This document shows, piece after piece, positions 1-9,165 of a stretch of 64,000 nucleotides of DNA. Origin of the DNA: a virus; IMG/VR virus record IMGVR_UViG_3300010371_000002, positions 1-64,000 of that record, one strand, 5' to 3'. How positions within the stretch are numbered: the stretch's first letter is position 1; each line of letters starts with the position of its first letter. A program made the translations under genes and the position numbers. Under the pieces are notes generated by a model. The model did no database searches. It saw only the letters and a program-made list of their open reading frames with translations, and had not been told where the DNA came from.

Positions 1-94
1 ATGCTCAATCCTAGCGCGGTTGCCGGATTTGGCCGTGATGGTTACGACGGTGTCCCCCGGTTTTAGCGATTGGAGCCACGCGGCCCGCTCCGTG

Positions 95-286
95 TCAACG
101 GTCATTGGTGGCCTCCAGCTGTCGTGTCTTGTGCCGGAAGCCGAGCATTCGGTGAAGTTCGTCCTCTGCCTTCTTGGCAGCCCGCAATGCGGCAGGCTCT
201 TCAGATGTCGAGCACGTCCATAAATTATCGATAGCCTCAACGAACTTGCGAGCGACCAATCTTAACTCGCCTGAGTACGTGGTCAT
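95..286 (-). CDS. Small hypothetical phage protein, paralog of 651-839
   Basis: Coupled to neighbours by stop/start overlaps; shares LWxC..SEEP.A...A.KAEDELHR.L..R.KTR with 651-839. Confidence 0.75.
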   Translation of the reverse strand: MTTYSGELRLVARKFVEAIDNLWTCSTSEEPAALRAAKKAEDELHRMLGFRHKTRQLEATNDR

Positions 287-654
287 CCCTGCGCCCTCAC
301 CGCCTGAAGCGCCGCCAGCATCACGGCCTCGCCGGGGGTCTGGGCGGTCGCATGAATGCCGCCGTGCTCATCAATGAATGCGGCATCCCAGATATCATTG
401 TCATCCTGATTGTGGAGGCAGAATGCATAGCCGCTCAGTGCCATCTTCTCCGCGACCTCCCACCACGCCCGAGGGTCGCGCCAGGGTTCCCAGTCCTCCC
501 ATGGGCCATTGTCATTTTTATAGACCTGAATCGTTGGGGTTACGGTATCCGTTTTAAGGTCGTAATGCTCCCACGCGCGTACTTTCCATCCGAAAGCTTC
601 TGCGCACTGGACCGCAAGGTCCATGCCGGGGAGCGGTTCGTTAGTTGTGGTCAT
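283..654 (-). CDS. Phage ABA-sandwich-like protein
   Basis: AEAFGW...WEPWRDPRAWWEVAEKM...ATAQTPGEAVMLAAL pattern resembles this family. Confidence 0.55.
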   Translation of the reverse strand: MTTTNEPLPGMDLAVQCAEAFGWKVRAWEHYDLKTDTVTPTIQVYKNDNGPWEDWEPWRDPRAWWEVAEKMALSGYAFCLHNQDDNDIWDAAFIDEHGGIHATAQTPGEAVMLAALQAVRAQG

Positions 655-839
655 GACTTCACCTTCTTGTCCATCCTAGTCTTATACCGGTAATCGAGGA
701 TGCGGTGGAGTTCATCTTCAGCCTTCTCGGCATTAGCGAACGCCTTTGGCTCCTCCGATTCAGGGCATGACCAGAGATGATCCAGTGCCGCCGCGAAGAC
801 ATTGGCCGCACGCTGCAGTTCGTCAGGGTAGTTCCTCAT
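651..839 (-). CDS. Small hypothetical phage protein, paralog of 95-286
   Basis: ATGA overlaps at both ends; clear similarity to 95-286. Confidence 0.75.
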   Translation of the reverse strand: MRNYPDELQRAANVFAAALDHLWSCPESEEPKAFANAEKAEDELHRILDYRYKTRMDKKVKS

Positions 840-1189
840 TTCTGCCCCTCCCTGAACGCGCGGACTGCCGCGAGAAGCGACCGCAGCGTATCAATTTCCA
901 ATGCCGTCATTTCCGAAAAAGGCGTCGATTTACCCGCCGCCGCTTCGAATTCCAGCGCCGCCTTGACGACCGGCAGCATGGCGCGGATATGGGCGGGAGC
1001 GCGGGCGATGAAAATAGCGTCATCCTTGCGCACGAAATCCGCGATGTCGCAGTGAGGACTATCTGAAGGTGCCACGTCGTCAGACATCACGCAATGACCG
1101 CCGATAAGGTCATTCTCGCGGGCGAACCATGGCCCCGATGTTACTGTCGCCAACTCGCGCTCGATTTGTTCCAAAAGCTCACTGTCCAT
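836..1189 (-). CDS. Ead/Ea22-like early phage protein
   Basis: TSGPW...DDAIFIARAP motif; start MDSELL at 1189 follows GGAGAAG. Confidence 0.55.
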   Translation of the reverse strand: MDSELLEQIERELATVTSGPWFARENDLIGGHCVMSDDVAPSDSPHCDIADFVRKDDAIFIARAPAHIRAMLPVVKAALEFEAAAGKSTPFSEMTALEIDTLRSLLAAVRAFREGQK

Positions 1190-1421
1190 CGGACTTCTCC
1201 CCTCCCCTCGCGTCGGCAGCGCGTAAGTCACGTGCTGCTTGATCCTCGGCCATTTTGATCCTGTGCCAGTAGAACGGGTCACGGCCACGAGTCACACGTT
1301 CCAATTCGCCCTCCAGTTCCGCGATGCGGGCGTAAGCGACAAGCAATTCCTTTGCGAAGAATCCTTCGAGGCCCATGACCTTACTTGCATCCCGCAATTC
1401 GTATTCGGTGTATTTAGGCAT
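1179..1421 (-). CDS. Hypothetical protein
   Basis: Overlapping operon arrangement; short coiled coil (ARIAELEGELER). Confidence 0.6.
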   Translation of the reverse strand: MPKYTEYELRDASKVMGLEGFFAKELLVAYARIAELEGELERVTRGRDPFYWHRIKMAEDQAARDLRAADARGGEKSDGQ

Positions 1422-1782
1422 CGGCCTTGACCTCCTCCGTAATTGCCACGGCTCGGCGCAGTTGGTCGTTCGTCAGCTTCTTCCAGTCCATACGGTTGAC
1501 CTTGCCCAAGTTCTGCTCACGCTCGATTTCGTCTCGGATTTCCTGCGTCACGGGATCAAGTGTCGCACGCCCGGACCAACGGTCAGTCTTGCGCATTTCC
1601 CGGCCATCATCGCGGCTGAACCTGCCATCGCCCCATCGGTCGATGATGATCTGAGTAGGAGTGGTGCGCGAGACCGTACAGATTACCGGGGTCCATTGCG
1701 AGCGGCATACCGCTACTCTGTCCCCAGCCTTCAGTTCTTTGAGCCACTGGTCGCGCTCTTTGATTTCGTTAATGGTCGGCAT
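1414..1782 (-). CDS. Hypothetical phage protein (small beta-barrel-like)
   Basis: LKAGDRVAV...TVSRTTPTQI...RFSRDDGRE pattern common in phage early genes. Confidence 0.6.
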   Translation of the reverse strand: MPTINEIKERDQWLKELKAGDRVAVCRSQWTPVICTVSRTTPTQIIIDRWGDGRFSRDDGREMRKTDRWSGRATLDPVTQEIRDEIEREQNLGKVNRMDWKKLTNDQLRRAVAITEEVKADA

Positions 1783-2053
1783 CGGCCTGTTCCCCTTCCC
1801 GCGCCGCCGTGGTTTTTTTGCGCGGCTTCTTATCTACTGCCCCGCGTGGACGCCCCTTCTTATGGATCGCGCCCGCCTCAATGTCCGCGACGTACTTCTC
1901 GAACTCAGGGCGCGGTATCCAGTTGCGCCCCGCGAACTTCACGGCAGGCAGTCGCTTCTGCTTGATAGCCATACGGATGGCGGCTTGGGATTCTCCGAGG
2001 CGCTTTGCGGCGTCCGGGACCGTCACGTAGTCGTCTGTTTCCACGAGGCTCAT
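1769..2053 (-). CDS. Excisionase-type HTH DNA-binding protein with AT-hook-like tail
   Basis: YVTVPDAAKRLGES..AIRMAIKQKRLPAVKFAGRNWIP (HTH_17-like) plus KKGRPRG..KKPRKK; first gene after the leftward promoter. Confidence 0.8.
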   Translation of the reverse strand: MSLVETDDYVTVPDAAKRLGESQAAIRMAIKQKRLPAVKFAGRNWIPRPEFEKYVADIEAGAIHKKGRPRGAVDKKPRKKTTAAREGEQADADH

Positions 2054-2061
2054 GTTACCTC

Positions 2062-2090
2062 ATTATATTTCTCTTTCCGTAAAAAGTCAA
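2062..2090 (-). promoter_or_regulatory. Leftward sigma70-type promoter
   Basis: Minus strand TTGACT (2090-2085), 17 bp, TATAAT (2067-2062); 8 nt before the ATG at 2053. Confidence 0.85.
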
Positions 2091-2093
2091 CTA

Positions 2094-2121
2094 TTGACAC
2101 AAACGTAAATAGTGGTATAAT
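2094..2121 (+). promoter_or_regulatory. Rightward sigma70-type promoter with extended -10
   Basis: TTGACA (2094-2099), 16 bp, TATAAT (2116-2121) preceded by TG; RBS GAGGAG and ATG at 2156 follow. Confidence 0.85.
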
Positions 2122-2155
2122 AGAGATAGGTAAACAATTTCGAGGAGACAGACAA

Positions 2156-2350
2156 ATGGCAAAGGCGGTTCAAATCGGACATATCCCCAGCGAACTTAAA
2201 GAGTCGATACTCGCGCTGGTGTCCATCGTTCAGGAGAGCGAAGGCTGTTCTTACAACCATGCGTGTCAGGTTCTCGCGGAAGCCCTTGGCCGAACCGTGG
2301 TTGTGAATGAAGTGGCTGACATGGCTCGCTACATCGAGTCGGGCGAGTAA
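2156..2350 (+). CDS. Hypothetical early protein
   Basis: GAGGAG RBS, start MAKAVQIG; first gene of the rightward operon. Confidence 0.7.
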   Translation: MAKAVQIGHIPSELKESILALVSIVQESEGCSYNHACQVLAEALGRTVVVNEVADMARYIESGE

Positions 2351-2362
2351 ACGGAGAGATCA

Positions 2363-2677
2363 ATGGCCGAACCGTGGGAAATGACGCTCGAAGAGTTCCG
2401 CAAGGCGCACAAGGCGACACGCTGCTTTCAGCGGTACGACCACAATGCCCGCGCCGACAGGTATGCATCTTGCCGTATGGGCCACCGGCAGCGTGAGGCC
2501 ATTGGCGAGTACTTCTACGTTCATGATTTCGCGCCGGGATTGGCGTTCCCGTCTCAGGGGCAGGCGGTGAGTCGCGCTCATCGGAATGTCGTGGCGCAGG
2601 CTATCAAGGACGGTTTGCCGGTTCCAGTGGCCGTGCTGGTGCAGTACCCGGACTTGAGCCGGTTGCAGACGATTTAG
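2363..2677 (+). CDS. Hypothetical protein
   Basis: GGAGA RBS; C-terminal HRNVVAQAIKDGLPVP.AVL.QYPDL motif. Confidence 0.7.
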   Translation: MAEPWEMTLEEFRKAHKATRCFQRYDHNARADRYASCRMGHRQREAIGEYFYVHDFAPGLAFPSQGQAVSRAHRNVVAQAIKDGLPVPVAVLVQYPDLSRLQTI

Positions 2678-2736
2678 TTACATGTCGCTAGCGATTGCGG
2701 CGAATAGGGGCAGTAACGAAACGGAGGCGAACGCAG

Positions 2737-3111
2737 ATGGCGCTCAAAGCATATGTGGCGTTTACAGATTATGGCGAGCATCAGGAGATCGTGTTCGCGA
2801 AGCGTGGTCAGGATGTCAAGAGGATCGGCTTGGACGTTTGGAGCGACTGCGACTTTGTTGAACGGAGGGTGAAGCGCGCCCCGGGATTCGATGACGCCAG
2901 CGACCCTCCGACAGCAAGGGAGTTCCTTGATCGTGGCTGGTTTCTCTACTGCACGGAGTGCGGAGGGAACGTGTACGGAGACACCGAAGGCCACATCACT
3001 GTCGGACAGCGAGCGTTCTGTGGCCCTGATTGCCTCAAGAGGTTTGCGCGGGAATGCGCCGAATACAAGTGGAGCTTCCCAGAAATAGCAGAGGCGGTCG
3101 CAAAGCTCTAA
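2737..3111 (+). CDS. Hypothetical Zn-binding protein
   Basis: GGAGG RBS; CTEC...FCGPDC motifs. Confidence 0.7.
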   Translation: MALKAYVAFTDYGEHQEIVFAKRGQDVKRIGLDVWSDCDFVERRVKRAPGFDDASDPPTAREFLDRGWFLYCTECGGNVYGDTEGHITVGQRAFCGPDCLKRFARECAEYKWSFPEIAEAVAKL

Positions 3112-3155
3112 CAACAAAAAACGCCTCCCGCCCGCGCTGGTAACGCGGACGGGAG
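3111..3155. terminator. GC-rich hairpin with adjacent A/T tract
   Basis: CTCCCG-CCCGCG / CGCGGA-CGGGAG stem at 3125-3155; A-run immediately 5' gives a U-tract on the minus strand. Confidence 0.5.
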
Positions 3156-3317
3156 ACTGCGACCGAATGCGTGGGAGCGCAAACGATCTTGAACACTATT
3201 ATACACGCTGCCGCGTCGTGGGACGGCTGGCAGTGGCTCATGGCGGTCAGTGCCGTGGCAGCGGTCGCGGCGATTGTGTGGACGGTCTGGAGCGAGAGGA
3301 AGGGGTGGTAGGGAGAG

Positions 3318-3533
3318 ATGAACAAGAACGATGCTGCCGCTCTAGCGCCTGCTGGCTGGTCCTACTGCGGTTTCGATGACCCCTATTACCTCTTTCAGAT
3401 GGAAACGCGGGACGCGCTGAACCTGCCGAGGTACCGGGCAATGCTATTGCTGGAAGAGGACATGACGGAACGCAATATTGAGTTTATGGTGAGGCACAAC
3501 CTGACGCGGGTTGAAGGCTTTTCGGTGGACTGA
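3318..3533 (+). CDS. Hypothetical protein
   Basis: GGGAGA RBS; operon context. Confidence 0.6.
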   Translation: MNKNDAAALAPAGWSYCGFDDPYYLFQMETRDALNLPRYRAMLLLEEDMTERNIEFMVRHNLTRVEGFSVD

Positions 3534-3565
3534 GCAAAAGCCGCGCGGCGGCGGGAGAAACGAAC

Positions 3566-4156
3566 GTGAGTAAAAGAACGCTAGAACCTTTGAACATGAT
3601 TGATGGTCGCCTGTTTTGTCCACGGTGTGGTGATAGGCAGACATCTATCATGGACGAAACAGGCAGTTTGGACGAATGGGATTGCGACTACTGCAACATC
3701 AAGTTCTATGTACCAAGTGGGACGGCACTGAAAGACTCTGCGGCCCTCACCGCCCAGCCAGACCCGCGCGTCAAGGGGCTGGTGGAGGCGCTGGAGCGCA
3801 TTGAGCGGTGGTTTGGGGAATTCCCTCCCACTGGTCGCACGTGGGACGACAAGCCGGGCGGTGAGCCGATGAGCTATGCCGCCGTGAATGGCAGCAACGG
3901 CGAGCGCGACTTTATGCGAGGGATCGCAAGGGCGGCTCTGGCGGCGGCGAAAGGCGAGCCTGCCGAGGGTGATGAAGACATGGACCCGTTCGGGGATCAC
4001 GTCGAAACCGTCTGCCGTGACTGTGGATGCAATCCTTGCGACTGCGAACGCATGGCCGAACTCGATGCCGCTTATCACGAAGAGTATGGACCTGGTGGCA
4101 TCGACCCAGAATTGCTTATCCCGCCCGGACTAGGGCTATCGGAGGACGCACGTTGA
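3566..4156 (+). CDS. Hypothetical Zn-ribbon protein
   Basis: CPRC..CDYC at the N-terminus, CRDCGCNPCDC near the C-terminus. Confidence 0.65.
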   Translation: MSKRTLEPLNMIDGRLFCPRCGDRQTSIMDETGSLDEWDCDYCNIKFYVPSGTALKDSAALTAQPDPRVKGLVEALERIERWFGEFPPTGRTWDDKPGGEPMSYAAVNGSNGERDFMRGIARAALAAAKGEPAEGDEDMDPFGDHVETVCRDCGCNPCDCERMAELDAAYHEEYGPGGIDPELLIPPGLGLSEDAR

Positions 4157-4191
4157 GGGAACCGAGTGGCGACCGGTGGGGGGGGTGAGTA

Positions 4192-4377
4192 ATGAAAGTC
4201 CGTGTCACGATTGACTTTAGCGAGCGCGAGCGCGCTGCCATCAACGCTTATGCCGGACGAGAGGGATTGGCGACCCGTAAGGAGTGCGAAGAGATCGTAA
4301 AGGACGGTGTCTATAGCCACATAAGCGACATTATAGACAACGCGATCCAAGCTGGAGATTTCGAAAATGACCACTGA
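4192..4377 (+). CDS. Hypothetical protein
   Basis: Operon context, overlaps next gene. Confidence 0.55.
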   Translation: MKVRVTIDFSERERAAINAYAGREGLATRKECEEIVKDGVYSHISDIIDNAIQAGDFENDH

Positions 4378-4999
4378 AACACTAACCGACGCCGAGATCA
4401 ACCGGCGGCTCGCGGATGCGCTGGGGCTGGATTTGACGGCAAAGACGGATGAGGATTTCAGGCACGCCTTACAGGGGCTAAATTGGGATTTTCGAAAGTC
4501 GGAACACAATATCGAATGGAACCACGACGATCCTAAAAATCCGGAATTGATTATCCCGGCAGAATATCAGGGTTTTGGTTCGTATACCATTTCGAATCCA
4601 TTGCGCGTCGAAATACCCCATAAAGTCTATGACTATCAGCAGGCCGAGCAATGGATTTGGGACAACCGCGAAGGCCAGCCATGGCAATCCGATCTTGAAG
4701 CCCACGTAGCAGCCTACCGCCGCACGCCGCCGAATTGGGCCGGGGATCTGGCAACGGCTTTCACGCTCGGTGAGGAGATGCGAAAACGGAAATTGGTACT
4801 GAAATACCAAGAGGCTCTGTGGAAATGCGTTGCGCCCGATAAGCGCAATAGGGGAGGGAGCAAGTCGTGGTGCTGGGAATCCATTTCCTCTGACTCTGCA
4901 CAATCGTACTGGCCTGGGATCATGATGGCCCACGCCACCGCCCGACAGCGCGCCCTCGCCGCACTGCGGACGATTGAGGAGGCCACCAATGACCGATAA
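4367..4999 (+). CDS. Phage ABA-sandwich-like protein with insertion
   Basis: LTDAEINRRLADALG...PPNWAGDLATAF...HATARQRALAAL motifs. Confidence 0.55.
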   Translation: MTTETLTDAEINRRLADALGLDLTAKTDEDFRHALQGLNWDFRKSEHNIEWNHDDPKNPELIIPAEYQGFGSYTISNPLRVEIPHKVYDYQQAEQWIWDNREGQPWQSDLEAHVAAYRRTPPNWAGDLATAFTLGEEMRKRKLVLKYQEALWKCVAPDKRNRGGSKSWCWESISSDSAQSYWPGIMMAHATARQRALAALRTIEEATNDR

Positions 5000-5339
5000 A
5001 CCCTGGACCGCGCCCAGCCTTCTGGCGAAAGACCGCGCATTAATGGCCGAAATCGAGATCGCCAAGATTGCTGGCGTCGTGACGCTCCATTACGAGGGTA
5101 TTTGCATTATCATCGAAGCCCTGGACGCCCACGCCCGCGATGCCAAGCCGCAGTGGACGAAGGTGGAGGAAAGGCTGCCTGACAGTAACCGCTATGTTTG
5201 GGGATTTGATGGAAGCTTCGTAATTCGAGCGTGGTATTCCGATATTTTCGGATGGCGCAATGAACGGATGGACATCGTAAAAATCACCCACTGGCAGGAA
5301 GAGTATATCCCCGAACCGCCCCGCGAGGATGCGCCATGA
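4989..5339 (+). CDS. DUF551-like phage protein
   Basis: WTKVEERLP...ITHWQ signature. Confidence 0.7.
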   Translation: MTDKPWTAPSLLAKDRALMAEIEIAKIAGVVTLHYEGICIIIEALDAHARDAKPQWTKVEERLPDSNRYVWGFDGSFVIRAWYSDIFGWRNERMDIVKITHWQEEYIPEPPREDAP

Positions 5340-6058
5340 GTGATTCAACGAACGAGTACGATTACCCGCTGCCCGAAGACGCTGAAATCGAGGCAGCTCA
5401 TCCGCTGAAGACCGGGCGGCATGACCTGTACGCGGAAGCCAATCGCCTTGTCTCGGCGAAGCATTCCAAGGCCGCACTGGTGTCGCTGGTGAACTGGCTT
5501 CTGTTGAGAACTACTGTCGCCGAGGAGCGCGCCCAGCGAGCGGAGCGGGACGCCATGATCGCGAAGTCTATCAACGCCGAGATCGTAGGCGAGCGTAACA
5601 GTATGAGCGCCCTTGTAGATGATCTACAGGCACGCGTTGATGCCCTCACTGCCGACAAAGAGCGAGCGGAGCGGGAGCTTGAAGGGGAGCGGGAAAATTA
5701 CACGTCGATGTGTAGCCGGTACAAACTCGACATATCTGAAGCTCGCCGCGTAGCAGACGAAGCGAAAGCCATCGCGGTGAGAAAAGACGTAAATTGCCGC
5801 GAGTTGGAAACCACAATCGCCACTCTCACGCCACTGGCCGAAGAGGGGCGCAAGGCGGTGCAGCAGGAAATCAACGACCTGCAACTGATCGGTGACGGCA
5901 AGGTCCATAGCGTGTATTGGGGCTGGTACGAACGTGACGGACTAGCAGAGTACTGGACGACCGATGACGATATGGTCGAGCATATTGAGCTGACCGGCAA
6001 GGGCCGCGAGCACCTGGCGTATCTGCGCACCCTAGTGGGAGAGGAGAAGGCCGAGTGA
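5336..6058 (+). CDS. Hypothetical coiled-coil protein
   Basis: ATGA overlap with upstream gene; heptad-rich central region. Confidence 0.65.
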   Translation: MSDSTNEYDYPLPEDAEIEAAHPLKTGRHDLYAEANRLVSAKHSKAALVSLVNWLLLRTTVAEERAQRAERDAMIAKSINAEIVGERNSMSALVDDLQARVDALTADKERAERELEGERENYTSMCSRYKLDISEARRVADEAKAIAVRKDVNCRELETTIATLTPLAEEGRKAVQQEINDLQLIGDGKVHSVYWGWYERDGLAEYWTTDDDMVEHIELTGKGREHLAYLRTLVGEEKAE

Positions 6059-6294
6059 GCGAGAGAACTCTAGACTTGTATTTCGGCGCCCTATGCGAAC
6101 CTCTGAGTGTTCAATTAGAGCGGCAAGGGCTAACCGCCGACGCCAAGGATATCAAACACTGGCAGATTGACGCAGATGCCCTGTCAAGGCTCTACATTCG
6201 CGGACTCGTGCGCAGTTCGGATCGAAGTCGAATACAGAGAGCGCTTTACGAGAAGATCAAGCGCGGCGTGAAAGTGGAGGAACCGCAATCATGA
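6055..6294 (+). CDS. Hypothetical protein
   Basis: GTGA and ATGA coupling to neighbours. Confidence 0.6.
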   Translation: MSERTLDLYFGALCEPLSVQLERQGLTADAKDIKHWQIDADALSRLYIRGLVRSSDRSRIQRALYEKIKRGVKVEEPQS

Positions 6295-6488
6295 AGCACC
6301 TCATGGACCCGCAGCCGCCCGAAGGCTACGGATATTGCAACCAGATCGGCAGCCATAGCGGAATATGGGTATTTCGAAGGTGGGCTGATGATCCGTCGAA
6401 TACAGGGGTTCGCGTGCCATCCGCCGACATGCCGCAGGCGCGCCCCATCCTCGAAAACGGGCTCTGGTACTGGCAATGCGAAGACTAA
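6291..6488 (+). CDS. Small Trp-rich protein, paralog of 6488-6709
   Basis: MDPQPP...MPQARPILENGLWYW. Confidence 0.65.
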   Translation: MKHLMDPQPPEGYGYCNQIGSHSGIWVFRRWADDPSNTGVRVPSADMPQARPILENGLWYWQCED

Positions 6489-6709
6489 TGGACCCGCAAC
6501 CGCCTGCGGACGCCAGGATCGAGCCGACACTCATCTTTGACCGGCATTGGTGGGCCGATTCGCCTGCGTGGAATCCGTGGTTCGAGAGTGCCGAGGGGCG
6601 CTACCAGTTGCCCGAGGTGATCGTGTCGCCGGAGGGGATGTCAGAGGCGAGCCCAGTCTTTGCGGAGGGGCGTTGGTGGTGGGAAGAGGGAGAGGACAAG
6701 GAATTATGA
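6488..6709 (+). CDS. Small Trp-rich protein, paralog of 6291-6488
   Basis: TAATG overlap; MDPQPP...MSEASPVFAEGRWWW. Confidence 0.65.
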   Translation: MDPQPPADARIEPTLIFDRHWWADSPAWNPWFESAEGRYQLPEVIVSPEGMSEASPVFAEGRWWWEEGEDKEL

Positions 6710-6942
6710 CACTGGAGCAAATCGAGGCGGCTATACGCAGGGCAGACGCAACTCCGCTGACTGACAAAGAGATAGAGCTTGACGAAATCACCTTCGGCAT
6801 GATGATGATGCTTGAAGCGACGGGGAATTGGCACCTTGAGGACTTCTGTGCAGCTAACCCGAGCCGTGCCGATGAACTGCGGGAGTTCGTTCGGGACTAT
6901 GAGGATTTACAGGTCAGACTCTTGTTTGTGGAGGCCGCTTAA
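6706..6942 (+). CDS. Hypothetical protein
   Basis: ATGA overlap, start MTLEQIE. Confidence 0.55.
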   Translation: MTLEQIEAAIRRADATPLTDKEIELDEITFGMMMMLEATGNWHLEDFCAANPSRADELREFVRDYEDLQVRLLFVEAA

Positions 6943-7193
6943 TGGACCAGGAAATAATTTACGAAATCAGGAGACTAGCAAGACCTCTTAACGCAGACAC
7001 ATTCGTATCCCAACTGGAATACATGAAAGAGCACGGATCATCCGTAACGCTCAATTGGGGCGAAGGCGATGACCTGTGGGAGTGTTCCTGGATTACGGCT
7101 GGCAATCGATTCAGTGGCTATTCTGGCGGCATGAGAATGTCTGTCGTGCGCTGCCTAGAGAACGTTCTAAAGGGAATTGAGGCAGAGGATTAG
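6942..7193 (+). CDS. Hypothetical protein
   Basis: TAATG overlap, GGAGG RBS. Confidence 0.6.
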   Translation: MDQEIIYEIRRLARPLNADTFVSQLEYMKEHGSSVTLNWGEGDDLWECSWITAGNRFSGYSGGMRMSVVRCLENVLKGIEAED

Positions 7194-7233
7194 CAGGTAG
7201 CGCCCAGCCGGGGCGGGGAGAGGAGAGACGGGA

Positions 7234-7656
7234 GTGGAAACAATAACAGTTAACCGGAAGGTTACGCTTGAGGTTTTCGAGTGCAACGGTTGCCATATCA
7301 TGTACGGCGTACCTGCCGGGTTCCTAGAGGACCGCCGCCGTACGGGAGACGTCTTCTACTGCCCGAACGGCTGTCAGCGCGTGTACCGTGAGACTGAGGC
7401 CGACCGGTTGAAAGCTGAGCTTGCCAAGCAGGCGCAGCGACTTGAGCAAGCCGAGACCATTGCGGGAGAATATCGGGAGCGTGCTCGTAGCGCGGAGAGG
7501 CGCTTGACGGCTAATCGCGGCGTTATTACGAGGCTGAAGAATCGGGCGGCGAATGGGGTGTGTCCGTGCTGCAACCGTTCGTTTGAGGACTTGAGGCGGC
7601 ATATGACGACGAAGCATCCTGATTTTAAGAACGCTGAATTGACCGAGGCTGAGTAA
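7234..7656 (+). CDS. Zn-finger/coiled-coil protein with C-terminal C2H2 finger
   Basis: CNGC..YCPNGC, coiled coil, CPCCNRSF..L..HMTTKH. Confidence 0.75.
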   Translation: METITVNRKVTLEVFECNGCHIMYGVPAGFLEDRRRTGDVFYCPNGCQRVYRETEADRLKAELAKQAQRLEQAETIAGEYRERARSAERRLTANRGVITRLKNRAANGVCPCCNRSFEDLRRHMTTKHPDFKNAELTEAE

Positions 7657-7669
7657 TAGGAGAGACGTA

Positions 7670-7873
7670 GTGTTCGCAAATCTAGTCAAATGCGCAAATC
7701 CGCTCTGTGACCGTATGGTGCCAGAGGGAACACTCTATTGCTGTGGCTCGTGTATCTATGCGCACGAAAGGAATTATGAGATCCATGAAGATGGAGTCTT
7801 GGCGCATGCGGATGGCTGCAATGAACGGGATAAGGCACGGCGGGAAGCGTATCCATATTTGTACAAGAAGTAA
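7670..7873 (+). CDS. Small Cys-rich protein
   Basis: AGGAGA RBS; CANPLC..YCCGSC. Confidence 0.6.
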   Translation: MFANLVKCANPLCDRMVPEGTLYCCGSCIYAHERNYEIHEDGVLAHADGCNERDKARREAYPYLYKK

Positions 7874-7885
7874 GGAGAGGCAGTA

Positions 7886-8080
7886 GTGCCATCAAACGAA
7901 CAGCTTTATTTCGACGTGCTTAAGCGCATCAGTAGGGGCTACCAGACGCCCGACCAACTGCGCAAGAACGCCGAGAAGGACTATGGGATCGAATACGATG
8001 AGGCGCTTGAGATGGCCTACGAGAACATCCAGGCGGAAGCTGCGGGAGCGATAAAGGGGAAGCGGAGGCCGAAGGAATGA
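7886..8080 (+). CDS. Hypothetical phage protein
   Basis: AAGGAG RBS; YGIEYDEALEMAYENI. Confidence 0.65.
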   Translation: MPSNEQLYFDVLKRISRGYQTPDQLRKNAEKDYGIEYDEALEMAYENIQAEAAGAIKGKRRPKE

Positions 8081-8301
8081 TTATAGATGAGAACAATCCG
8101 CCGCCGTTCCGGGCCGCAGGTTCCGATCACTGGGAGCGCGGCCTTGATCCATGGCACGCGAGCGCCTTCGTTGGGACGCCAGCCGAAGGGCGGTTTGAGG
8201 ATACCGGGCCGAGAAGGGCAGGATGGGCCGCGATAGATTGGTGCGGTAATGAAATCGGGTGGATTGCAGACGGGACGGAATATGGAGAAGAGGGCAAATG
8301 A
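8077..8301 (+). CDS. Hypothetical protein
   Basis: ATGA overlaps at both ends. Confidence 0.6.
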   Translation: MIIDENNPPPFRAAGSDHWERGLDPWHASAFVGTPAEGRFEDTGPRRAGWAAIDWCGNEIGWIADGTEYGEEGK

Positions 8302-8729
8302 CACGAGAAGAACTTGCGGCGAAATTGAATGGCCGTGAATATGGCGAAGAGATGACAAAAGAAGAGGGGGCAGAAGCCAAGCGGAACGGCGTGGTGGTCG
8401 TCTACGGTGCTTCAGATGACCTGATGGAGTTTCGCGGCGCGATTTACGACGAAGCCGGCGCGTACAATGGACGGGCTGTCTTGCTTGACTGCAATGGCAT
8501 CCTGCCGTCATGGGATGATGCTATTAATGGGGGTGAGTCAGGTGCGGCGGAATATCTCCGGCGTAAGCCCTTGTGCAAGGTCATCGAAGCCGTGTGGACG
8601 GATGGCGTAGACGATCCCTTGCCGCCGTGGAGCTATAAGACTGATATTGCACATTCGACATTCGATATTATGGAGGACGGCGAGGTTTATTGCCGTGGGA
8701 TCGTATTCGAATTAGTTGACTTGCTTTAG
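8298..8729 (+). CDS. Conserved hypothetical phage protein
   Basis: VVYGASDDLMEFRGAI...HSTFDIMEDGEVYCRGIVF, a widespread phage family of unknown function. Confidence 0.75.
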   Translation: MTREELAAKLNGREYGEEMTKEEGAEAKRNGVVVVYGASDDLMEFRGAIYDEAGAYNGRAVLLDCNGILPSWDDAINGGESGAAEYLRRKPLCKVIEAVWTDGVDDPLPPWSYKTDIAHSTFDIMEDGEVYCRGIVFELVDLL

Positions 8730-8807
8730 AGTGGAAGGAGGCGCGGCAGAACTCGACATTCGCCGCGCCCCTGTTAGGACTAAGGCGTAATCACACCCAC
8801 CATAGCC

Positions 8808-9165
8808 ATTATACCACGAGCGAGGAGGTGATGTGGAATGGATGACAACCGCGAGATTGCTGGGTTCATCGAAGATAATAACCGAATCCAGCGTAACCGT
8901 GAACGTCAACGTCAGTAAGAAGGCGCGATGGACTTTATATTCGCCGTGCCTTCCCTGTTGCGTTTGTGATCGCCCGTCTGCTGTGATGATTATACCGCAA
9001 TCAATCGCATCGGCCAGCCTCCCGATTCTCCAAATGGCATGACTGCATTCGGCCCCGTATAGCCGTTTTAGTTGTCACTGCAGCCGTCTTATTTTATTGA
9101 TCGTTCTTTTAAACGACGATGCGAGTCTGGATTGGTGCCCACGGGAGATTATACCACGGGCGAGG
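8808..9165 (-). promoter_or_regulatory. Repeated minus-strand -10 elements
   Basis: ATTATACCACG(A/G)GCGAGG at 8808-8825 and 9148-9165 (TGGTATAAT on minus); a third GGTATAAT at 8989-8996. Confidence 0.5.
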
